Shown in pieces: positions 10,687 to 22,384 of a stretch of 64,000 bases of DNA (its first letter is position 1; each line of letters begins with the position of its first letter). A model generated the notes under the pieces. That model was not told the origin of the DNA and made no database searches. It saw only the letters and a list, made by a program, of their open reading frames with translations. Location: the NCBI GenBank assembly GCA_963719315.1, contig CAVRBU010000001.1, positions 32,001 to 96,000 on the forward strand, in the 5' to 3' direction. The stretch is from an uncultured Planctomycetota bacterium (GTDB lineage Bacteria > Planctomycetota > Planctomycetia > Pirellulales > Lacipirellulaceae). Position numbers and translations under genes: made by a program.

Positions 10687-12246
10687 ATGCCCACCCTCAT
10701 CTTCGTTGTGCTGACAGCACTCCAATTGACGAACACCTCGCCAATCCAAGCGACAACGCTCATTGGTAACCCGTATATCAACGGGTTTCAGAATTGGATC
10801 GATCCGGCTCAAGATCGCCTGGGTGACTGGCGTCTGAATCTGCATTCAAACACGGTCATGGAGACGTTGGATCTAATTCCAGGAGGTAGCGGAACCAACA
10901 CCGGCAACTACGTTCCGTCACTCCTCATCCAAAACAACTACACGACGCCGACCACGTACGACATGAATGCGCGCATGTGGTCCAGCGATGACGACGGGTG
11001 GGGCCTCGTCTTCGGCTATCAGGACGTTGACAACTACTATCGTGTACTATTTCGCGCCGAGGCGAATGGTAACTTAGGCGGCACTACTGGCACCTCAGTG
11101 CAAAAGGTTGTAGGCGGCGTTGTCACGCAGATTAGCCCCGCTGGCACTGGGGCAGGAAACGCCGTCATTCCCAGGCTACCGATGATCGCCACCCGACAGC
11201 CGGTCGATGTCAAGGTGTCGGTCGATGGCATAAAAAACGCGGTGTATGTCGCCGGCGTGAACGGCGACAATCCGCTACAGAGCGGTAGCGACGCGGGACT
11301 TGCTGCCGGAAAGATCGGCATCCAGTCCTGGGCGCAACAAATCGGACCTAATTCGGAGAATCCATATTACGGCACTGAATTGGAGACGTTGTCGGTTTCG
11401 GACAATTCGGGAACCCTGTATAGCAGCGGCAGTTTTGCGAATCCGACACCCGTAAGTTGGCGGACTTTGGTCATGACCAATTCGGCCGGCCTCCGCACTG
11501 ATGACACCGCGGATGCGGCCGTTTCCGGCGACGAGGCGGGCAACTTCGGCCTCGGTCTTAATGGTCAGTGGATTCATCAGCGTTCGAATGGTTTTGTGTA
11601 TGCAACTACAACCGGATTGAACCCCGCGCGAAATGTCGACTTTATTGGCCCCGCGATCGTTGTCGACAGTCCCGGCAGCACCAGTTACACCGATTATGAA
11701 ATGAAGGTTCGCATTGGCGCGACCGATGACGATGGATTGGGCGTTTTAGTGCGAGTGCAAGACGATGACAATTTCTACCGCATCAACTTTGCTCGACAGT
11801 CGATGGCCGATGCAAACCCCTTAAACTCGCGGGCGCCGCAAGGACTTTCCATTCAGAAAGTCCAAAATGGCGTGTGGAGCGAAATCTTCCGTGACGATCA
11901 AAATTCGCCGCTGTTCATTTATCAGAATGGCCCCGGCAACCCCAACACGCCGATGCCGAAATTCGATCTCAGTGTCAAGATGATCGGTAACACGTTTGGA
12001 ATTCAGGTGATCGATGACGGCGGTACGGTCATCGACTACCCGCTGATCGCCGACAACAGCGGCACGCCGCTTCTTTCGGGAACCGTCGGTCTGACGACCT
12101 GGGGCACGGAGAATGATTACTGGTCCGGCTACGGCGGCAACCCCGACAGTCCGTTCCTCGTCGAAATCCCCGAACCGACGACAGTTTGCTTGGCGCTGAT
12201 CGCGGTCTTGGGTGGATGCTTGCTGAAACGCCGGCGGTGGTGCTAA
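10687..12246 (+). CDS. PEP-CTERM surface protein with two tandem thrombospondin-C/lectin-like beta-sandwich domains
   Basis: Signal peptide; DDDGWGLVFGYQD..NYYRV and [21 protein letters not shown]-terminal IPEP-TM-KRRR; start could be 10633. Confidence 0.8.
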   Translation: MPTLIFVVLTALQLTNTSPIQATTLIGNPYINGFQNWIDPAQDRLGDWRLNLHSNTVMETLDLIPGGSGTNTGNYVPSLLIQNNYTTPTTYDMNARMWSSDDDGWGLVFGYQDVDNYYRVLFRAEANGNLGGTTGTSVQKVVGGVVTQISPAGTGAGNAVIPRLPMIATRQPVDVKVSVDGIKNAVYVAGVNGDNPLQSGSDAGLAAGKIGIQSWAQQIGPNSENPYYGTELETLSVSDNSGTLYSSGSFANPTPVSWRTLVMTNSAGLRTDDTADAAVSGDEAGNFGLGLNGQWIHQRSNGFVYATTTGLNPARNVDFIGPAIVVDSPGSTSYTDYEMKVRIGATDDDGLGVLVRVQDDDNFYRINFARQSMADANPLNSRAPQGLSIQKVQNGVWSEIFRDDQNSPLFIYQNGPGNPNTPMPKFDLSVKMIGNTFGIQVIDDGGTVIDYPLIADNSGTPLLSGTVGLTTWGTENDYWSGYGGNPDSPFLVEIPEPTTVCLALIAVLGGCLLKRRRWC

Positions 12247-12508
12247 TCGCTCCGAGAAATCCAACATTCGTCAGCTAGATTGCCGACGGCAGCGCCCCCT
12301 CGCCGGAGGCGTTGCCGTCCGTTTTTTGCCGTTGTGCGATTGCAAGTCTTCCGGTCTTCGATTTTGCGGCTGCGTTCACGTGCTGACAAGCGTACGCTGA
12401 ATCGGTCATAATGCGGGTCGGGCAAGAGCCGTATTCTATATCGCAATCGCATGACAACTTCTTCAAGCACGCTGTCGTTTTCAATTTCGCATTCGCTGGT
12501 CAAAGCGG

Positions 12509-13354
12509 ATGTGTACTCCGGCCTCGGCGCTGCGCGATCCGACGCCCTGGTTCGTGCGCTTCCAGCGCTTGTTGGACGAAATGACCAGTGGCGAGAAGCG
12601 CGTCGGCTCCTACTTCATGGAGCACCCCGACGCCGCCCAGAAGTCGATCGGCGAACTGATCGATGTCTCGGGCCTCGGCTACGGCACCGTCATTCGCTTT
12701 TGCCAAAAGCTCGGTTGCCGCGGGTTCCAGGAGTTCAAAGTCCTCATGGCCCGCGACGCCATCGCCCAGCGGCCGAGCGCGCCCGGCTATGGCACCGGCG
12801 CCTACGATTTGATCCTGCAACGGCTGAATGAGGATATTAACCGCACGGCCCAAAACCTGGACATCCAAGAAGTCGAGAAAGCTGCCGTCGCACTGTCCAA
12901 GGCGACCCGTGTGCTGTGCGCCGGTGTCGCGAGTTCGGCCCCGCTGGCCCTCAGCCTGGATTGGAAGATCAAGCGATTCGGTATCGTTAGTTCCTGCCTA
13001 TCGGATGGATACGTGATGGCCGTCGAGGCCTCGCTGCTTCGCAAAGGTTCGGTCCTTGTGGCCGTCAGCTCGTCGGGCACCACGAAAGATGTCGTGACGG
13101 CCGCCCGCCTGGCTCGTGACGCCGGGGCCACGGTGATCGCCGTCACGAATTTCACGAAGGCCCCCCTCATCGAAACGGCCAACATCCGCCTGATCACCTC
13201 CGCCACGCGAGAGCCGATCATCGCCGAAATCCCCTCGATCGTGGCAGCCGAGGTCGTCTTTGAAATCCTGATCGAGCAGATTCGCCGCCTGAACCCGGCC
13301 GTCGACAAAACGGTGCTCGAAACGTTCAACGCCATCGCCGACCGCAAGCTCTAG
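12509..13354 (+). CDS. RpiR/MurR family transcriptional regulator (HTH + SIS)
   Basis: TVIRFCQKLGCRGFQEFK HTH; GVASS, VSSSGTTKDVV, IAVTN SIS motifs. Confidence 0.93.
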   Translation: MCTPASALRDPTPWFVRFQRLLDEMTSGEKRVGSYFMEHPDAAQKSIGELIDVSGLGYGTVIRFCQKLGCRGFQEFKVLMARDAIAQRPSAPGYGTGAYDLILQRLNEDINRTAQNLDIQEVEKAAVALSKATRVLCAGVASSAPLALSLDWKIKRFGIVSSCLSDGYVMAVEASLLRKGSVLVAVSSSGTTKDVVTAARLARDAGATVIAVTNFTKAPLIETANIRLITSATREPIIAEIPSIVAAEVVFEILIEQIRRLNPAVDKTVLETFNAIADRKL

Positions 13355-13528
13355 GGCCGTGGCCGGGCCGCACCGCTTGGCTCCGACACAACGTCCGATC
13401 CGCCGCATTGGAGACTGATTTCCTGGCGATCCGCTGTTCTTGAGGCCCATTAACCGAGCGGATTAACGTGCAACTTAGCTCCCTAAGTGCGTACCACCAA
13501 AGGCCAGAGGCAGCCTCCGACGCCACGC

Positions 13529-13541
13529 GGATATATTATCC
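13529..13541. promoter_or_regulatory. Putative operator GGATATATTATCC
   Basis: Palindrome with the same cgc...a flanks as the 10559 site. Confidence 0.6.
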
Positions 13542-13657
13542 AAGCCGTACTTTGCCAATTGCCGCGAAGGGGCGAACCCTTTTTGGTTTCAATCCTCGAC
13601 CGCGCCCCTTCGGATTGTTCTTCTTGCTAATTTCTTCGATTCTTTATCAAAAAATCG

Positions 13658-13690
13658 TTGCGTCGATGTTCTGGATGGATATACTATCCA
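13658..13690 (+). promoter_or_regulatory. Putative sigma70 promoter overlapped by operator tGGATATACTATCCa
   Basis: TTGCGT-16nt-TATACT; palindrome 13676-13690 covers the -10 box upstream of the DUF1559 gene. Confidence 0.6.
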
Positions 13691-13899
13691 ACAGTGGCCC
13701 GGGAGGTGGGCAACCGAACTTCTCACTGCTCTGCCTCCAGAGCTGCTCGCTATTGGCGTGCCTTAGGACGAAGGCACACTGGGCGTGGGTCGCATATCAA
13801 ACCTTCATAACTCGACCGGCAAGCCAACCGTTGCCAATGAGATTTCCGCTCGCACATCCGGCAACCCAGCGAGCGTGAACAACGAAAAAGGATGCTCTC

Positions 13900-14854
13900 A
13901 TGAAGCTCGCGAGTCATCGATCGGACCGTTCGTCGGCCCTTCCTCCTGGTTCGCTCTTTCAGTCGCAACGCGGCTTTACGCTTGTGGAACTGCTGGTCGT
14001 GATCGCGATCATTGGCATCTTGGTCGCGCTGCTCCTGCCCGCTGTCCAAGCGGCGCGAAGCGGCGCGGCGGGCGACCTGTCAGAACAACGTCAAGCAGTG
14101 CCTGCTTGGAATGCAACTGTTTCTCGACAATAAGAAGACGTTTCCCGCTGGTCTAGAACCGTACAACACGGACTCATCCTACCCGTCCTCGACGAACCCC
14201 ATTCCTGACTTCAGGCATAGCTGGGTGCCGTACATCCTGCCGTACGTGGAAGAGCAGGCCGTCTTCGACCAATACAAATTCGATAAGAAGTGGAATGATG
14301 GGGCAACGAATTCCTATCTCACACGACGACAGCCAGATGCCAAAGATTTCTCCATCATGCAATGCCCGTCGACGGAACGACTCCTTCACGGTCGGCTCGA
14401 CTATGGCGCAATTCCGGGCCCCGGGTTTTCGGGCTCCCCGAATGAAGGTTGGTATCGGAAGCGAAACTGGTCGCTGGGCATCCTGATTGCCGTTCCCGCG
14501 CCTGAACCGGGTAAACCCCAGACGGGCGTCAACTCGCGGATCAAAGCCGGTCAGGTAACCGATGGCACGACCTACACGATTATGCTGGGCGAATGTGCCG
14601 GCCGAGATGTTCACGATTCGACGCCGAACGATACGCTCTACTGGGGCAATGGCGATCACGCCTACGCCCATCATGGAGCGAGCGTCAACATTACGCCGGT
14701 CGACGAGATGTATAGCGATCATCCCGGCGGATTGCACGTCGGCATGGCCGACGCGAGCGTGCACTTTTATCGGGAAGATATGCCGAAGACGATTATAGAT
14801 TCGCTCGCCACGCGGGCAGGTGGCGAGGCGAATACGCATGGGGAATTCGATTGA
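13900..14854 (+). CDS. DUF1559 (prepilin-type N-terminal cleavage/methylation) protein, frameshifted
   Basis: [29 protein letters not shown] / [14 protein letters not shown] (shift ~14058); [26 protein letters not shown] (H-X9-D motif). Confidence 0.92.
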
Positions 14855-15252
14855 TGCGCCTGGCTACTGCGATTGCAATCGCCGGATTGTCGCTGACCGC
14901 TGGCTGCGGCAAGTCGGACTGGGGCTACTTGAAAGGCACGGTTTTGCTCAACGGGCAGCCGGTCGGACCCGGCATGATTTCATTAGAACCCACCGACGGC
15001 GTGCGGGCCGGTGCGATGGCCGTCGTTGGCGAGGACGGCAAATACTCGGTGATCAGTTCCGGCCGAAAGGACGGTGCCCATACCGGGGAGTACAAAGTGA
15101 CCATCCAAGGCGGCGAAGACTTCGGTGAGGAGAATTCCGGGCCCCGCCCCAAAAGTAACATCCCCGCGCGGTATGCGAATTCGGCGACCTCGGATCTTAC
15201 GGTGACCATCGAGCCGGGTGCGAAAGACTACGATTTCCAACTGAAACCGTAA
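14854..15252 (+). CDS. Small lipoprotein (carboxypeptidase-regulatory-like fold), typical DUF1559 partner
   Basis: Lipobox TAGC; GTVLLNGQPV, DGKYSV, GEYKVTI, IPARY; start overlaps DUF1559 stop. Confidence 0.85.
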   Translation: MRLATAIAIAGLSLTAGCGKSDWGYLKGTVLLNGQPVGPGMISLEPTDGVRAGAMAVVGEDGKYSVISSGRKDGAHTGEYKVTIQGGEDFGEENSGPRPKSNIPARYANSATSDLTVTIEPGAKDYDFQLKP

Positions 15253-15330
15253 CAACGATTCAGCGATTCACGACGGCGAATGATTTCTGTTCCTGTTCAA
15301 CAACAACGATCGCGATAAAGGATATCCACC

Positions 15331-18300
15331 ATGTTAGTTTCACGCACCCGACGTTCTCGCGGCTTTCTTGCGATCTACCTCATTGGCGGCTCACTCGTCG
15401 CATTTGCATCCTTAGCCAGTGACGCTTTCGCTCAGACTCTCGTCGGAAACCCGTTCATCACTCCGGACACAGGTTGGGTCGATGCGTTCCCGACTACGCG
15501 GGCCGGCAATTGGCGGCTGAGTTTGCACAATCCGACGTTGATGGACACCAACAACGCCAACCCGCCCACGTCGGGGGCCACCACCAATGACGGAACGTAT
15601 GAGCCTGACGTCATGTTCCAGAATAACTTTCTGACGCCCGCCAACTACGAATACACCGTTGCGATGCGCCAAAACGACGATGACATCATCGGGCTGGTGT
15701 GGAATTATCAAGACCCGAACAATTACTTTCGCGTCGGCATACGGCAACAGGCCGCAGGGTCCTTTGGCGGTACGGAGGGGCTCTCGGTGCAAAAAATTGT
15801 GAATGGCACGCTGACACAGTTGATCCCCTCGGTCATCGGCCCCGGACCCGCATCGCCGATTACGCAAACAATGATCGATAACCGGGATCCGATTACCATG
15901 AAAGTAGCGGTCACCGGGAGCAATTACGAGATCTTCTTTAACAACGTCTCCGTAGGCAGCGGCACCGATGCTGCCTTGGTCGCCGGTCGCAAAGTGGGCG
16001 TCCAATCGTGGGCGGAGCAAGCCGACGTATCCACCGTTACGCCGTATTGGGGAGCCGAATTCGAGTCGGCCACCGTGACCCAAGGCGCGAACACGCTGTT
16101 CACCCAGACGTTCGACAGCCGGCCGGTGAAGTGGCGGCAGTTGGTGATGTCCAACACGGACGGGGTCAATGGATTGACGGTGGGCGACAGCCACGAAGTC
16201 CTTGGTAATTTTGGCAACACGGTCGGCCATTCATGGATTCATCAGCAGTCCAATGGATTTCAGTACGCCACGGCAACGACGCCCAATGTGGACTTTATTG
16301 GGCCGGCGGTCGTTGTGGACGAAGCGGGCAGCGCCGCATTTACGAATTATGAAATGCGAGCTCGTTTGGGGGCTGTCGATAATGACGGAATCGGCGTCTT
16401 GGTGCGTGTTCAGGATGACAACAATTTCTATCGCATCAATTTCGTGAATGAAGGTGACGCAGGCGGAGCGATCCGCGCGCGTCCGGGATGTCGGTCCAAA
16501 AGGTCCGCAACGGCGTGTGGACCGAAGTTTATCGGGAAACCGGCACGCCGCTGTTTACATATACGCCCGGTGCCGGCAACCCGGATTCACCCGGCTTTCC
16601 CATGTTCGACCTGAAGGTCGGCACCGTGGGCGATACTTTGAAAATCCAAGTCAAAGATCAAAACGGCAACATTATCAATTATCCGCTCATTACCGATAGC
16701 ACCAATCCGATTCTCAGCGGTTCGGTCGGTCTCACCACCTGGGGCACGACGGACGTGTTCTACCAGGGCTATGGCGGCCTGGATACTCCGCTGCTGCGGA
16801 CGCTGACATCGCTCAAAAACGTCGACGTGGTCATCGACCGCGCCACGGGCAACATGACGATCGCGAACAATGACCCCGCGTCGGTAGGCATCAAGGGTGT
16901 CACGCTGCTGTCCGCGGGGGGTGGGTTGCTGTCCGGCACGTGGAAGTCCATTGCGAACAACTACGATCGTCCGTCCGCCCCCACGCCCGGCAACGGGTCG
17001 GTCGATCCAGATGACGCCTGGACGATCACTTCGTCCACGGTGTTTAATCTCAGCGAGGCCGAGCAATCGGGCAACGGCGGCTCGATCGGGGCAACTGGGA
17101 CCGTCGACCTCGGCAGCGCTTGGAAAAAATCCCGCATTGAAGACGTCGTTGCCGATTTGGCCCTCGCCGATGGCAGTACGATTTCGATGGATGTGGTTTT
17201 CACGGGCACTCCGTGGGCTCGTAGCGATCTTAACACGGACGGTTCTGTCAACGCTAGCGATTGGCCGCTGTTCTATCCCAACATGCTCTCCAATCTGAGT
17301 TCGCTCACGACTGTCGAAAAGGCTCTTCACGGCGACCTCGATGGCGATGGCGATAACAATGTCGACGATTTCGTGATCTTCAAGGCCGATTATGACCTGG
17401 TGAACGGCGCCGGCGCCTTCGTGGCCATGCTCAATGCGGTCCCGGAGCCAACTTCGTTCGCCTTGTTGATTCTTGGTGCGTGCGGCGCGGTGGTGTTCCG
17501 CCGCCGTCGGGCGAGCCAATTGTTGACGGTCGTGCTTGGCGCGTCGGCAGTGCTGGCCGTCAACGGTACGGCATCAGCCGTTGGGGTGGATTTGACAACC
17601 TATACCGTCGAAAACTACCCGATCGCTTCAGGTTTTCCAGCGGCCGTATGGAACATTACGCCCACGTCGGCCACGAATCAGAGCAACGCCGACGCCAGCG
17701 TCGTGTACGCTCCGGATAGCGCCCTCAACAAGCGATACATTGGCTTGCTCAAGCCGGGCACCGACGACGACGTAGTCGGCTTTGTGCTGGGCTTTAATCC
17801 GGGCGACGCCCAAATCGGCTCCACCGCCGACTACGTACTCATCGATTGGAAAGGGGCGACCCAAGATTTCGATTTCTCGGATGGGGATCCGTTCAACTTC
17901 CATCACGATCAGACGGGCAGTGGCACCATGCCGGTCGGTTTGGCTTTGTCGCGGGTCACGGGCAGTCCCACGGCCGACGAGTTGTGGCAACACGTCAACA
18001 GCGTCGATAATTCCACGGGCGGCGTGGCCGAACTCGCCCGCGGTGCTACGCTGGGCTCCGCGGCGTACAATCGCGCGAATGGATTTCACTTGTTCGATAT
18101 CAGCTACACGGCAACAAACGTCAAAGTAAGCGTCGACGGTGTCGAACAGTTCAACCAGAACGGATCGTTCGTAGACGGGCGGTTCGGGCTGTATTCGGCC
18201 TGGCAAGGCCCGCCGCCGACGTTCTCCAATTTCGAAGTAGTGTCCGCCACGGGTTTCGACGGACTTTCGGCGACAGTGGACCAGGGCACCGGCGAAATCA

Positions 18301-18929
18301 TGTTGAAAAACGCGGGCACGGCGCCTGTGGACTTGGACTACTATCAGTTCAATAGCGCCGCCGGTTCGCTCAAGTTTAGCAGTTGGAATAGCCTCAGCGA
18401 CCAAAACTTCCAATCGGTCGGCGGCGGCCCGGGCCAGAGTTGGGATGAAGCCGGCGGATCCAGTGATTCGGCCCTGGCGGAAGTGTACTTGCTAGATCAC
18501 CCGGCCTTGGCGGGCGGCGCTTCGGTGAGCATCGGCAATGCCTATAAGCTCAACGCGCCGCACGATCTCACATTGTCCTATCGCCTCCTTTCGGGCCTGG
18601 TCGTGCCGGGGACGATCACGTACATCGGCGTGGCCCCCGGCGTCCCCGGCGATTACAACGGGAATGGCGTCGTGGACGCTGCCGATTACGTCGTCTTTCG
18701 CAACAACCTGGGCACGGCGTTTCAGCTTCAAAATGAGGTCTCGGGCGTCACGCCGGGACAGGTCACGCAAGAAGACTATGCCGCCTGGCGGGCGCGATTC
18801 GGAAATACATCCGGCAGTGGTTCCTCGCTCGATGGTGGCCAGAGCGTACCCGAGCCCTCATTGATCGGCTTAGTGCTTTGCATCGGGTTGCTCCTGTCCG
18901 TCCGCCGCGCGAGCCCGCAACATAGTTGA
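15331..18929 (+). CDS. Large secreted protein with TSP-C-like domains, dockerin/EF-hand-like motifs and two PEP-CTERM signals (internal and terminal); one probable frameshift error
   Basis: ORFs 15331-16614 and 16488-18929 join at ~16484 (RA.PGMSVQKV matches RAPQGLSIQKV of the 10687 paralog); VPEP-TM-RRRR at 17439; VPEP-TM-RR at the C-terminus. Confidence 0.82.
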
Positions 18930-18981
18930 GCTTTCTGCGCCAGGGGACGGGCGTTGTATTGCTCGAGAAGAGGAATGTGCT

Positions 18982-21461
18982 GTGGAATTGAAGCGAATCG
19001 GTTTTGTGTTGGCGTTCTTGATGGCCGCCGTCCCCCGGGCGGAAGTCGCATTGGGATGCTCCTGGTGCGGCTGCTGCAGAATCGATCCATACACCGATCC
19101 CATCGACCCCTATGTCGGCGGCGTCCATCCGCTCGTATCGGGCTTCTACGAAGTTGGGCAGAGAGCGGCCGCGCCCGGCGGAAGCGGGTCTGCGGTAATC
19201 CCGATCGATCCAGGTTCCTGGTCCTTGGTCGTCATGCCGGATACCCAAATCTACTCTCAAGATTATCCGGGGATTTACACCGCACAGACGCAATGGATTA
19301 AGGACAACGCGGCCGCGCTCAACATCAAATACGCGCTCCACGAGGGCGATGTCGTCAACGTCGCCGCCGATACGACGCAATGGGCCAACTCGCGCACTTC
19401 AATGGATGTGCTGAATGGCTTTGTGCCCTACGCGATCGCTCCCGGCAATCACGACTACGGCGGCCAGGGGCAGAATCGCACCACGCTCTTCGATAACGGG
19501 GTCGCGGGACAAAACTATTATGGCGTTGGCTCGCCGTATGCCGCGCAGCCATCCATCGGCGGGTTCTACACGGGCGACGGGCCCGGCAAGACCGACAATT
19601 CCTGGCATACGTTTTCCGCGAACGGAGAGAATTGGCTCGTTGTGGCCCTGGAGTGGGGTCCCCGCGATGCCGTCGTGCAATGGGCCGATCAGGTCGTTAC
19701 CGATCATCCGGATTACAACACGATCCTCGTCACGCATGCGTACATGTATTACGACGACACGATCTACGATTGGGCCACGAAAGGTTCCAGTCAAAGCTGG
19801 AATCCACACTCCTACGGTATCCAGAACCTGCCCGGCGGCGTGAACGACGGCCAGGAGCTATGGGACAAGCTCGTCAAGAAGCACGAGAATATGAAATTCG
19901 TGTTCAATGGCCACGTCTTGGGTGACGGCACCGGCAAGCGGGCCACGTTGGGCGACAACGGCAATGTCGTGCATCAGATATTGGCCAACTACCAGTTCAA
20001 CGTTCAAGGCGGCCAGGGTGATATGCGCGTGTTGGAGTTCAAGCCCGATGGCGAGACGGTCGTCGTGCGCACGTATTCACCGGTGCTCGACCGATACAAC
20101 ACGGCCGCCGACCAGGAGTTTACGCTGAATTTGAATCAGATTCCGCCGCCGCCGCCGCCGATCGGGCATGCGGTTGCCGGAAATCTAGTCGCGGCTGGGG
20201 AGACCGATCCGATTTCCAATACTTACAACTCGGTAACCGTTCCGGAATCGTCGGCTCCCGGCGTCGGCACCGGTCAACTCAACCGCGGCGACTTCCAGCC
20301 GACCATCGGCGGCGCGAATGTTACATATAATCAGGGCATCATGCTCGCGTCCATCAGCGAGCACGAGCGCTCCGATTTTACGTACTCGCCAGGCGTCTAT
20401 CGCCGCGCAACGGTCGAAGTCGGTCGCAATTCGTATGGGGATGGCAATCTGTCGCTTTCCCTCATGGAGGCCGGCGGGAATCCGGTGGTCTCGCTGAACG
20501 AAGTGAATTTCAACACTTCGATTGCCTGGTTTCCGTTCGACTCTGGATTCCGCGGCGCTCACGTCAATGGCGATGGTTCCCTTGTTCCAACGGCATTCAA
20601 CGGTGTCGCCCAGTCAATGGTCACGCGGACGAATACCGGACGTTACACGGTTGATCTAGGAGTCAACTCGCAAACCGACGGCATGCTTTTCACCGTTGGC
20701 AACAACAACGAAAATATCATCGTGCAGACGGGGCCGGCGGTCAACGGCGCGTATTGGGACGTTCGGGTTGAGCCGAACTCCGTCAATCATGCCGCAACCG
20801 GCGCCGACAAAGCTTGGAGCTTCGTGTACTTGGATTACAAAACGCCCGGCCTGATCGGCGGATATTACGACGGATTTACCGATACGAACCTTCATTCCGT
20901 TGGCGATTTCACAATGACGCGCAATGCGACCGGGCAATACCAACTGACCGTGCCAGGCGAAAGTCCGCAGACCGGCATGTTGATCTTGTCGGTCGCTTAT
21001 GAGGCCAGCGCCTCGGGAGTTACGGCGCCGGACGACAATTTCCTCACGTATGCGTCGGGGGCGGGCGACACATTTACAATCGATTCCTTCGATCTTCCGA
21101 CGTTGGACAACGCCGCCTCTGGGTTCCAAGACACGAAATTCGTCTGGGCATTCATCAGCTTTACCGATCCTCTCTCTCCTTATGTTATGCCGGGCGACTA
21201 CAACCGCGATGCACTCGTTGACGACTACGACTATCAAGTGTGGCGTCACGCATTCGGGCAGACGACTGGCTGGATGCCCGCCGATGGAAACGGCGACGGC
21301 GTCGTTGACACCGCGGACTACGTTCTGTGGAGAATGAATCGCACCGGCGGCTCGGGAGTCGGCGAAGCGGCGGTCGTCCCCGAGCCGTGTTGGCGTCTCT
21401 GCTTGTATCGCTCGTGCTGCTCGGGCTTTCCGCTATCCGCTATCGACCCGGTGCTATTTGA
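18982..21461 (+). CDS. PEP-CTERM calcineurin-like metallophosphoesterase with repeat region and dockerin-like tail
   Basis: [41 protein letters not shown]; after VPEP a shift (~21387) gives [21 protein letters not shown], stop at 21461. Confidence 0.85.
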
Positions 21462-21550
21462 TGTATTCTCGTCTAAGTGCAATAGAGCTCGGCGTTTCAA
21501 GCTGATCTACAGTTTCCCGCCGGCAATCTACTCGTCGAGGACGAACGACT

Positions 21551-22379
21551 ATGAGCACAGGGCCCAGAGCCGCTTCAATACATGTGCGCGTGGCCTTCCT
21601 TGGATTCCTGTTGGCCCCTCTCCTTTGCATTTCGAGTCCGTGTCTGGCCCACCAAAAATGGCTTTGGCCGAATCGCTTTGTCGCCGAAAAGCCCCCAGTT
21701 TGGATCAGCTTCGATGTCACCTGGAGCGATCGGCCGTTCGAGGCCGATGAAGGCGTGCACGACAAGCCGATCACGGTCGTCGACCCGGAGGGCCGCAGTT
21801 CATCGCCCGATCGCACGTTCATCGGCAAAACGAAATCCACTGCCGAATCGGAGCTGACGCAGGAAGGCACCTACCGCTTGGAGTCGGTCGATCCTTTGGC
21901 CTATTGGACCCAGATCGAAAAGAAAGGCCGGCCGCAATGGCTCAAGAAATCCAAGGGTGAAGTGACCGATACGGAAATAACGCGATCCGATTTGTATTGG
22001 AGCAAGGCGCTGGCTTACGTAACGATCGGAAAGGTCACGTCGCTGCCGCCGCAACTCGACGCGGATCCGCTTTCGATCGTGCCGGCGACCCATCCGAACG
22101 ACATCGCGGCCGGCAAGCCGGTGGAGTTCAGAGGTATTGTCGTATGGGAAGCCCGTCGAGCACGCGGAACTAAAAGTGTTTGATTCCAAGGCGAACGGCG
22201 ACGATCCGACGAAGACGATCAAATGTGACGAGCACGGCGTCGGCAAATTGGAATTCGAAACGCCCGGTAAGTATCTGGTTGCCTGCCAATTGGAACGCGA
22301 AGTCAAAGATGATCCCAAGGCGGATATCCATTCTTTCAACGTCTATCTCACGCTGATGGTGCAGCCGGAAAGGGATTGA
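21551..22379 (+). CDS. DUF4198-like secreted protein (metal-uptake associated), frameshifted
   Basis: Signal peptide ending [21 protein letters not shown]...[10 protein letters not shown]...DEHGVGKL...PGKYL; shift ~22135. Confidence 0.7.
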
Positions 22380-22384
22380 ATAAA

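Noticed and set aside
21462..21750. C-terminal extension of the 922-aa ORF overlapping the next gene
   Set aside because: Artefact of the shift after VPEP; the other frame gives a proper TM and a stop at 21461
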